Source: Anthoceros angustus
Taxonomy: Eukaryota > Plantae > Anthocerotophyta
Direction: 5' to 3'
Length of the DNA: 64,000 bases
NCBI GenBank assembly: GCA_010909165.1
Contig: VJWM01000221.1
Coordinates: forward strand, 124,001-188,000
The position numbers and the translations under genes are program-made. Under the pieces are notes generated by a model, which had not been told where the DNA came from, ran no database searches, and was given only the letters and a program-made list of their open reading frames with translations. Shown here one piece after another: positions 1 to 9,966 of the stretch (the stretch's first letter is position 1; each line of letters begins with the position of its first letter).

Positions 1-961
1 ATCGGAATGAGGAAGTTGCTCGTCTTGCTGATGAACTTGAAAGGTCGGCCCAGCTGAAACAGCGTGAAGATGTCCAAGAAGCTCTGGTGGTTGGCCACGT
101 AAACAGCTCCCTCGTCCTCGGCTGGCAAGTTTTCCCAGCCAGATATTTCTGTCTTGTAAAAGGGAAATGTCGTCATTTGAGCCCAAACCTTATTAACCAG
201 GTGATGTGCCTTCCGCCTTGCTTTGTCAAAGAGCATCACAAAGGGGTGTAAGACGAGCATCACAATCAGCAAGGGAGCAGCAATGACAAGAGTCGTTGTG
301 TAGAAACATATAGCCCGCACCTTCTGCCACACAGATGCATCTGCAAAGCAGCATCCACTAACAGAATCTGAGAACAGTGAAAGCCCTAACAGCATCCGGA
401 AACCTCAAAATTAAATCCCTCCCTTCCTTCCATCACCAGAAGGACCAAGCCTCACCTTTGCTCGCGGGCACAGTAAAATCCCATCCTCCACCCTGCACTG
501 CAGCACCTGCTACCTGGCAGCTAATCACCGCCCTGCCGCTCCTCTTTCCCCTGCCGCCGGCCTCGGCACGTTTGGCCGTCAAAAAAATTCCTTCCTCCTT
601 GCCAAAAAAATCAGAACCGAGGACTGCAACGCATGCGCCACCTCCTCCGCTCCATCTCGTGCTGCTCTTCCTCACTTCACAAGAAATAGAAAACAACTTC
701 ACACAAAACATCCAAATTCCACAGGCTCCACATTCCACAACAACACACAGTGTGATCAAGATCTCTACTTTGAAACCTACATTTCAGCACGCCACCTCTG
801 CCAACCCTATCCTCAGCCCCGCCGCTCCTCTTGCAGCACAGCACGCAAGGCGGAGGCAGATTCCTGCTCCCGCCGCTCCCCCGGCTCCCATTTCCCGCCA
901 CCAGCACCGCGCCTTGAAGAAGCCGCTGGTGCGGCCTCGCTACCGCATCGAATACCTCCAT
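1..961 (-). CDS. LPAT1: Plastid 1-acyl-sn-glycerol-3-phosphate acyltransferase (LPAAT), 5' part; gene runs off the window start
   Basis: Minus-strand exon 340..1 reads DASVWQKVRAICFY...HPFVMLFDKARRKAHHLVNKVWA...GWENLP...AVYVANHQSFLDIFTLFQLGRPFKFISKTS, containing the NHQSxxD acyltransferase motif. An upstream exon ends at a donor at 456/455 (G|gtgag) in matching phase. The transit-peptide start near 961 (MEVFDAV) is tentative. Confidence 0.9.
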
Positions 962-1284
962 CACCGGCTCCTCTCTCCAATTCGTTGCGCTCACCTTCCG
1001 CACGGCCGCCGCAATCGCATTGATCCTCCACACCGGGCCACACCGCTACGCCGCGCAGAGAGCGGCAAGCTTATCCGAAGGCGAAAAATACGGTATAATC
1101 GTATCAAACGAGAATACGAATCAGAGTCCCAATCCTATCGTAAAGATTCCATGGAAAGTATACACATGCATATATAATAAAAACAAAACAAAGTATACAT
1201 GTGCTGGAGAACGGGTGTTTTCACATATGCCTTAGGCCAAATGGACACACATTTGTAAGAACATGGCTGTTAAGATTTAGATGG

Positions 1285-1800
1285 AGTGCTGGAAGCGGGT
1301 GGATGAGCTTCGTGCTAGTAGTTTAGATATACTATGGTATAAGTTATTAAGTATAAATTTTTAAGATAAAAAAGTTCTATCTTAACTGGATTATTATAGA
1401 CTTCTTCTTTTTCTTCTTCACACCGTAGAAGACTAAAAAAACTTTCAGATCTATGTCCTTTGGAATCAGCGATCACAAGGATCAACAATATTGAAAAAGC
1501 CATTAACTAAAAATCTTAAATATCTCTAAAACAAAAATTGGTGTCTATTTCTGGAGGGAGTGGATGCCCTTAGTGCTAGTAGCTTAGACACAAGCTGTTA
1601 AGTATAAAGTTTTATGATAGAAAAAAATTCATCTTATGTGGATTAAAATAGATTTTTTCTTTTTCTTCTTCACAACGTAGAAGACAAAAAAAACTTACAA
1701 ATCCATGTCCTTTTAAAATTAGCGATCACAAGCAGCAGATCAAAGATATTTAAAATCTTTATTATAAAATAAAAATATTAAATATCTCTAAAACAATTAT
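1285..1800. repeat. AT-rich imperfect direct duplication, about 265-bp period
   Basis: gtggatg..gtgctagtag..cttcttcaca.cgtagaagac..gcgatcacaag occurs at about 1300-1500 and again at about 1560-1740. Confidence 0.75.
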
Positions 1801-2400
1801 GGGTGTCTATTCTAGGGTTGACCCCACTTTAATCGTTGTCCAATATTCATCGGTGAGATAACATCAATACCTCCGGTGTAATGAGTGATGTTGGTCCCAC
1901 CAAACATAGTTTAAAATATTAGAATATAGTTGAAAATTAAACAATTAAGGTAGTACGCCTCAATATGTCTCAATATCATAGGAAGCTTTGTCTCCAAATT
2001 GGAATCCTATGTGAAAACAGACTCGGAGTCAGCTATAGATTCATAACATGAATCATCAATAAACTTACTTAAAAAATAAAATACCATACATAAGAAGAGA
2101 TAAACATTAAAAAAATACCATACTCATTTGGAGATAAACTTATATCTTGCAAGAGGTTGAAGATTTGTTATTGTAGACAGCTCAATTTTTCTATATTTTT
2201 TATTATCTGTAAGATTATTTAATAGAAAACTAAACCTTGAGCTTGGAAATAGAAATTTTCAGTATTATTGAAAAATAATTATTCTAAGTATGTTTGAACA
2301 TTATACCAAATCATGTCTGCTTTGCTCCAAAATTCCATCTTTGGCAGAGGCATTTCAAGTAGAGTATGAGTATATTGATGGTGTATCCTTAACATCTTAT
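1800..2400 (-). pseudogene. Highly decayed GDSL lipase relic
   Basis: 2280-2345 resembles the GDSL exon-2 end and donor at 37140-37200 (gaacattataccaaatc...ctccaaaattcca; reads GILEQSRHDL|gtataa versus [10 protein letters not shown]|gtataa). 1800-1910 resembles the last GDSL exon region at 36075-36230. Confidence 0.45.
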
Positions 2401-2482
2401 TTTCATGTAATAAAAAGAGATGGATAATCTCATTTAAACTAATACAAAGTGAAACAAAGACACGTAAAGGAGTAGAGTAGAC

Positions 2483-3912
2483 TTATTAATAGGCGAGATG
2501 GGAAATCCCATCTACCCCTGAAGTCCGAGGAGGAACAACCCAAAAAGGGCTAATACTAAAAGGGGAAGTCCTAGTCCCCTCGAATGCCTTTCCCGTAACT
2601 ACCTACTGCATCAATGATATCGTGATCCCTGTGCACCAATGATATCGTGGTCAGGGATGATGAAGTGCCTACCTACCACCGGTGCCGAAAAAGCCGCTAG
2701 TCCTGCGCGTGGCGTCCTATAAGCAGGCTTGGCGCTTTCTGAGCAATGAAACCCGGCGAAAGCCACCACAAAGGAAAGGGGGAGGCCCCTCCAATTCCTG
2801 TGGCTGTGATAGGCTTTTGCGCACTCCTTAATTAACCTAGAGAAGTCCTTGCCCATAGCCCCTGAGTCTCGAGGGCGGGGGGATGAAAATATGGCCGTCC
2901 TGCATAGGAGAGTACTTGTGAGTCTTGCTGGTTGCGCATCCTTCCGCCGCCCAGCCCGGGGGGTTGATGATGACGTTCTCGCATATAGAGTCTCTCGTGG
3001 GATCCGTGACAACCACATTAGCGATATAAATTTGCTCCCCCCTAGTATAAAAAAGGTCCGCCCTGAGTGACACGCCATTACACAATGTATATGGGCGCTC
3101 CCTGTGCGGAAAAAATTCGCTCTCCTTAGTTATCGAAAACATGACGTCGCGAACGGCGTCATGCATAGCAATACGTTGCGCCCCCATGGGACTACGGGCC
3201 AAATGGGATCCGAAATCGTCGATGGCAGCTTCACAACTGCACGTGGAAAGAGAAGAGGCCAGAGGATGAGCCAAACCGAGGTGGACCCTCATCGCGATCG
3301 AAAAGGATGCCAGTGCGATTCGGAACGCCGAAATGCAAGGCCGAGCCAAAAGCTAGGAGCCTGCCCCCTTCCCCGAACAGGAACGCAGGCAGGCCTGCGA
3401 AGACCTGGGAATGGAGGAGTCCAGAAGGAGGGCCCTTTGCGCTTGTAAATATTGCTTCTCCTGGAGAGAGGCTTGAAGGCCACGCATCCCTTCCTCAGAG
3501 AAAGAGGAAAAAGGAGGCATGGCTTCCCTAGCCTATGAGAAAAGGGAGTCCCTAGCCTATGAGGAAAGGGAGTCCCTAGCCTATGAGGGAAGGGAGTCCC
3601 TAGCCTATGAGGAAAGGGAGTCCCTAGCCTATGAGGGAAGGGAGTCCCTAGCCTATGAGGAAAGGGAGTCCCTAGCCTATGAGGGAAGGGAGTCCCTAGC
3701 CTATGAGGAAAGGGAGTCCCTAGCCTATGAGGGAAGGGAGTCCCTAGCCTATGAGAAAAGGGAGTCCCTAGCCTGCCTGAGAGAGACCTGCAAGGGGAAG
3801 GCCCCCTCCTCAACACTCGAGATGAAGGTTTCCAGGAGGGGGGAGTCTTGCATTAAGGACCGAGAGGCCAAAATTGGGGCAGAGAGGGCCCAACCCACAT
3901 ATAAAGGGAAGC
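2483..3912 (-). mobile_element. 5'-truncated CRE-clade non-LTR retrotransposon (restriction-like endonuclease end), copy 1, degenerate
   Basis: Minus ORFs 2837..3349 and 2611..3078 give TCSC..IDDFGSHL..S...MHDAVRD..RADLF...NVVVTDPTRD...GWAAEGCATSKTHKY...FIP, a CCHC-like finger plus RLE motifs. Homologous to 27630-28700. Confidence 0.85.
3525..3774. repeat. 24-bp tandem repeat (TCCCTAGCCTATGAGRRAAGGGAG) x10 plus a partial unit, inside CRE copy 1
   Basis: Units are contiguous at 3525, 3549 ... 3741, with a partial unit at 3765-3774. There are no spacers. Confidence 0.97.
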
Positions 3913-4979
3913 ATCAATACGAGAACTACACTACATGAAGGTTCGTCAAAAGTCTCGTACCGCACTAACCTCTTTTAGTGCACCTTCTATTGAGAACCTT
4001 GAGACTTCGTATTGCAAATGATTACAATATTAAATTAATAAGATAACAAGGTGATAATAACATGTAAAATATACCTTATTGCTGGTTCATATAAATAAAA
4101 AAATATATTCATAAAAATTATTTTTTTTGATTGTAGTTTTATAATATATGTAAAATGACCTTTTACATATGAATTTTTGCATATATAATACGGATTTATT
4201 AAGCCAACCAATTTAATACTCTTATATACTAGGACGATTGCCATAACCTGCCATGATCCCATGAGCTCTGAACATGAGGTTGAGACCATGAATACATAAC
4301 CAGTTTAATATTTCTATGTAGTAGAAAATTTAACAAAACTTGGAATGATCCATAACCTCTAGCGGCCAGGAGTGAGAGAAGAGGAAAAATCAGGAAAGAC
4401 TTAAACTAAGCTTGAGCGCGTACACAAGGCAAACTATGGAGTTAGAGTAGTTGGAATAGAGAGAAGAAGACAAGGTTTCTTAATGTGGTGGTAAAGTCTT
4501 CCTTACAGGTTTCCTAATATTACCAACTTCAACCCATCTCTAGTGAACAAAGTAGAATACATCCAACCGTGTCTCGCAACAAGCAACACATGAGTTCAGA
4601 AAACAACGAACAGGTGGGCGTTTGAAACAAGATGCCATGGGCTGACGGCTCTTCAGCCATATTGATCAAATTTTGCCTGGGAATACAGCAGTTGCATTCA
4701 ACACAAGGAACAGAGTGGCTCCTAACTAAGAGTTCCTGGTTAACAATTACATTGCTGCAAACTTGGAGTGAGATATACACTCCAAAGAGAGGACCTGAAG
4801 GCCGGAGCGTGGAACCCCAAAGAAAGTCATGCGCATGAGTACACGATCTTGCACATCATCGTCTCCAGGAGTGGAAAAGGGGCTCCCTCATCTCACATAG
4901 TTCGAAGGTGGTTGCCCACATGAATTGAAAGGTGGTCTTCCGCCTCGCAAGGGACTGCGGTTTGTCAACTGGTCAATGG

Positions 4980-7900
4980 TCAATGTGGCCACACTTTCGA
5001 GCCTCTGATTCCTCGCTTCCATTCCCCTAAACTCCGGAAATCATCTTTGTCGATCCAGTTGAACTCCATCTGGGTTGTAGAAAATCAGCCAAGCCTGAAT
5101 TTAGCTGAAACCCACTTACAACAAACATTGTAGAGAAGGAGGGGATTATAAATGATGACAGTGGTGTACCTGGCCGACAATCACAGTGTCACCTTCCTGA
5201 ACTCCCTGTTCTCTGAGTGCTTTGCTCACCCCGCTAGCATTCAGAACATGCTGAAATCTTCTCACCGCTTCAAAGTACCTGAAATGCTTTCATTCTCAAT
5301 GAAGGTGACTGGTGGAAGAAGATTCCAGGCGAATGGAGGTAAACAAGTCTAAAGTTTGAGAACATACTCCCAATTCGTCATTTGGGTGAACCGTTTTAGT
5401 CCCGCTCCATCAATATACCATGTGCGCGTGTGTTTGTCACATGTTATCTTGAAGTCCTCTATAGGGGCACTCCGCTTCTGTTTCACAATCTCACCAACTG
5501 AAGGGCCTTTGACTTCCACATCTGATACAGTTTTCACAAGGCCACAAGGAAATCAAAACCGATGCTTGCAGGAAAAGGAACTTCTGCTTTCACATGTAGT
5601 GAAATGAACTTGCCTGCATCTGCCTCCACAGGCTGTGTACTCTGCTTCAGGAGCTCATAAGCTGCATCAACAACCTCCTTGGTGCCTTGCTGGGTCGCTG
5701 CGCTCATGCACAAGGGCTCAACTCCCTTGGTTCTCAGAAACCTCTGAAAATTCTCCCATCGGTCGGCGGCCTCTGGGACATCCATTTTGTTATAAGCCAC
5801 CACAAAAGGCTTGTGCTGAAGTTCGGGGTTGAAAAGCTGCAGCTCCAAGCGAACTGCTTCATACTCGTGCTCTGCTTGCTGACTCATCCCATCTACAACA
5901 TGAATCTACAAACATTTCCAAACACATCCGCTGTTACCGCAAAGTGACTTGCAAACACGCATCGACGGCACGAAGGTGCACACACTAAGAAATCGCGACC
6001 AAAATGAAGATAGGGGCAACCAAAGAGAAGCAGCAGATATGGAAAAGCACAGGGAAGGATCATAATAAGGCTTACAAGGACCCGACACCTTTCCGTGTGC
6101 CGCAAAAATTCATGGCCAAGTCCATATCCAGTATGTGCTCCCTCAAGCAAGCCAGGTAGATCAGCCACCACCATAGATGCATCAAACCCCAAAGCCACCA
6201 CCCCCAAATTTGGTAAAAGAGTAGTGAAGGGGTAGTTAGCAATCTCTGGTCGAGCTGCACTGATGGAACTCAACAGCGTGCTTTTTCCAGCGTTTGGCAC
6301 CCCTATGATACCAGCGTCTGCCACAAGCTTTAGCTCCAGTTCTACCCACCTGAAAGTTGACAGTCCAGAGCTACAGGTGAGCCTCAACAACCAGAGAAAA
6401 GAGCTCCACGGTTTTTCAGGCCCCATAACCAACATCTAGGTGACAATACAGCAGGCAGCAGGTATCTTAAGACAGACATTTCTGCTCCTTCTTCGCCATT
6501 TTCAGCAATTTGTGGAGCTTTGTTGCGACCTGACTTGAAGGCCCCATTTCCCCGCCCACCTCGCCCTCCTGGCAAAAGCAACTCTCGCTGTCCAGGCCTT
6601 GACAGGTCCAAAAGAATATCCCCATTGCCTTCGGAATCTTTGACAAGGGTTCCTACAGGCACCTTCACAATGCAATGCTCACCCGTAGCCCCTGTCTTGC
6701 CCTTCCCCTGCCCATGGCTACCTCTTGTGGCTCTGAAATGTACAGTTCTTCTGAACGGCAAAAGCGAATTTATAGCAGGGTCTGCTTCAATGTACACGTC
6801 ACCTCCATCTCCACCATTACCCCCCGAAGGACCTCCAAACGGCACAAACTTCTCCCTTCTAAACGCTACAACTCCATCACCTCCATCTCCAGCTTTCGCA
6901 TAGATTTTGGCTCTGTCGAAACATCTCATTACAGCTGGAATACCTCTCTTATCCATATCTAGGTCGTCCACATCTTCATCCTCTTCATCCTCACGAGGTG
7001 CTGCAGTTATTCGTCGCTTCTCTGGAAGGAAGCTCATGGCTTCTGTGGTCAGGTGTTCTGAGATGTCTTCCGAACTGCCATCATCCTCAGAATCCTCCAG
7101 AACAAGTCGAGAAACTGTTTTATTAGTGGGGGCAACGGGGCTGGTGTGCCTCTCCTTACCCCTCCTCCTCACAATCCCTTGATCCTTGTCCCACTTGTAC
7201 GCCTCGAGAAATTTTGAGGGAGTAGGCTCCGTTGGAATTTCCAGACTATCTTGGTCTTCCTCGCCATTGTCAGATAGAGATGCTGACGGTCCAGTGCCAC
7301 TGCTACTCCCTTGACTTTTTTCTTTTGCTATTTGTTCCTCCATCTTGCCAACAAGCTCCTTGAGCCTGGCTAACTCTTTCTCCATTTCAGTAACGTTCTC
7401 TTTACCGCTCGCCCCCTGACCCTGCAACCTCGGAGTTGATCAAGCTGATGCCACCATAACTGAGTAAGAAACTTTACTGCACCAGGTGTGACACTTACCG
7501 GGGATTGCTTAGAAGGAGAAGCAGCAGCTGAAGACGCACGTCGTTCTTTCTCTGCTCGTTCCCTTTCTAGCTCGGCAATCTCCTCCTCCGCTTCCAACAA
7601 TAGAGCAGCTTCTTCTTCAGCAGTCATGGGTCCTAAATCCCCCTCCCACACTTCCACAAGCTCCAGATCCTCATCGCCCTCGGCCAGCCTCCTGTCCCAT
7701 TCCTCGTCATCTATTTCCACCCACTCTTCCTTCTCATCTTCACCATCCACACCTTCCTCCGCACCTTCCTCTTCACCATCCACTCCAGCATCCCCTGCAT
7801 CCTGGTCCCGGAGAAGCACGTGCTCACGAGCCCGTTCCTCGGACACTCTCACACCCCCAGAGCCTGAATCTGTTTCAGGGTCAGGACGCTTCGAACTTTT

Positions 7901-8308
7901 CCATCCACCTGGATTCCTAGCATACCATGATGCCAACGGCAAATTCTCCTCTTCCCTGGGCTGCAAGGCAGTGACTGATGCTCCAGCAGACCATAAATCC
8001 AGTACCACTGGCTCACTTTCCTTCTTCACTGAAGGCACATTATCCTTCCTCCTCTTGTCTAGAACGGCCTGCTTTCCTGTGCCGTCGACTTTTTTGGAAC
8101 CACCTTTCCCAGCACAAGTCACAGATACATGTCGTCTTGTTCCACATGAATTCTTGCCCATGAAATGTGCGTTCCACCGATCCAGGTTCAGAGCTGAACC
8201 AATCCCAGAGGACCTGCACAAAGGTGTGAGTGCCTGGCCTCCATGGCTGGAGCCGTGGACTCCTTGAGGGGCCACACCCGAGGCTGCAAATGGCAGCAAC
8301 TTAGCCAT
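4980..8308 (-). CDS. OBGC: Chloroplast Obg-family GTPase (ObgC/CPSAR1), 7 exons
   Basis: Obg fold [19 protein letters not shown]...GGRGGRGN, G1 [23 protein letters not shown], and C-terminal [12 protein letters not shown]...GVQEGDTV...WPH* (TGA at 4982-4980). N-terminal transit peptide and acidic region. Confidence 0.96.
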
Positions 8309-8381
8309 CGCAACACTTCAGCCGAGACACATCACTGAGTCTGGGATACTGTGAGGTCTGGGAGTCCTGTCGAGCCTGGAC

Positions 8382-8389
8382 TAGGGTTT
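8382..8389 (-). promoter_or_regulatory. Telo-box (AAACCCTA) in the 189-bp divergent interval between ObgC and ZNRD2
   Basis: tagggttt at 8382-8389 lies between head-to-head start codons at 8308 and 8498. Confidence 0.45.
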
Positions 8390-8497
8390 AGCTAGCTCTT
8401 GTCCGGGGTTTAGGCTGATTTTGGGCATCTATCGTAGGGCGAGCTATCGTTGATGCTGGGAGGAATAAGGTGGTGACATTCAAGCTACGCACGCAAT

Positions 8498-9697
8498 ATG
8501 GGATCTGAGCAGAATGAGGTGGGCATGGTGGACACGCACATGGAGGAACAGGAGGCGGCAATGGCCGAGCGGCTTCAGAAATCAGCAGATTGCAGCGCTG
8601 CTTTGGCTGAGAAGCTGCTGCAGGGGTGGACACTGATGGGTGTGCATTGCCCCCAGTGCATCACGCCTCTGATGCGGAACAGGTGAACTTCTCTACCGGA
8701 CTGTTTTGCAGTTAACTGGCAAGGAGCGGCATGATCATGTGGAACTTGTGCTTGATTTGGAACTCTGGTTCTTGTCATCTTGTTACAGGCAGAGGCAGCT
8801 ATATTGTGTGTCTTGCGTTCAGTGGGTGTTGACAGAGGAAGAGGCCGCACTCAGAACGGGAAAGAACCATGAGGGACGCAGCCATCATTTTGACAACCCT
8901 CATATTGCCCGATCTCTAACCAACACGGCTGTCCCTGCGGTCCAGGATGAGGTGCTGCATGTCGGGGCCAATGGTAACGAGGGGGCAGAAGAAGCATATG
9001 CATTGGCGGCAGCTATGAACGAGAGGCTGCAGGCCTCCAGGCACGGACACCGATCCTCCGACACCCCTGCTCCCGCAATGCAAGATGAGGTGCGCAACGG
9101 TGGAGGCAACAACCCAGCAGCTTATGATCAGGTGTCAGCGGAATCACATACTGCTACTCCTAACGGCCTACGACCTCCCACCTATGGCAAGCTGCCGTCT
9201 CTGGTCCTTCCTAAGGTATGGCCCCAAATGGTTTCATCGTAAGCTGAGCGAAGGCAGTGGCCATGTTGTGACACCAACTGCATACCCCAGGTAATTGTGC
9301 CTCCGAAGCCAGAAACTGTACAAACCCAGACTGTGAAGACACTCTTCCTGAAGATGGAGGTAAGTGGGTACCATGCGTTGATTTCTTCCATCAGCCACCG
9401 TTGGATCCGACACCCTGAGTCTCATTGGCATTGTAACGCAGGAAATCCGAAGCCGGATTGCCATAACCCAGGATGTGGAGGAGCTGAAACAGGTACGTAC
9501 TTGGGCTTGGGCATCTGAGCTGAGACTCTGGCAGCACCCGAGTTACTTCTGAGACTCCATTTTCCTTGCTGCAGCTCTTCCAGGTCCTTTCTGTTTGCGT
9601 AGACACCATAAACGTTGTCAAGAGCATTTCAAGTGAGGAAACAGCGTTCGTAAAACCCTGGAAGGCTACCACTTGGAAGGACGATGAGGGCCAGTGA
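8498..9697 (+). CDS. ZNRD2: SSSCA1/ZNRD2-like zinc-ribbon protein (Auto_anti-p27), multi-exon
   Basis: LAEKLLQGWTLMGVHCPQCITPLMRNR|QRQLYCVSC across a GT-AG intron. Later exons TVKTLFLKME and LFQVLSVCVDTINVVKSI...EGQ*. Internal exon boundaries are approximate. Confidence 0.85.
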
Positions 9698-9966
9698 AGC
9701 AGCCACAGCTGCGAGAATGTTCTAGTGTATTTGCTTTAGAAGCATCGAGCTACAGAGCAGGTTGCGTATGTACAGGCGGACAAGGCTAGCTGACGTTCAG
9801 TAGTTTTAGTCACCTTCCGTTCCAACCTAACGGCGGCCGTTATGTCGTCCTCGACCCCGGCATGTGCGCACCCTGCGGTTGCATGGCAGGGCATCGCGAG
9901 GATCGCATCAGAACAAACCACCTGCCCTGCTGGTGGAAGGAGCACCGCCCAGACACCTCGGACAAG

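Noticed and set aside
377-1177. 266-aa plus-strand ORF
   Set aside because: Antisense shadow of the GC-rich 5' exons of LPAT1; no recognisable motifs.
1315-1503. Small secreted peptide MAFSILLILVIAD...
   Set aside because: It sits in duplicated AT-rich sequence downstream of the GDSL relic, and the frame is not preserved in the second copy.
3525-3774. 24-bp repeat array as a CRISPR array
   Set aside because: Units are contiguous with no unique spacers, there are no cas genes, and the array lies inside a retroelement in eukaryotic DNA.
3519-3938. ORF MASLAYEKRES... as a repeat protein
   Set aside because: It is antisense to CRE copy 1; the open frame is a by-product of the tandem array.
2460-4455. 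TSD for CRE copy 1 (ggagtagagtag versus ggagttagagtag)
   Set aside because: The match is imperfect and lies about 500 bp from where homology to copy 2 ends (about 3912).
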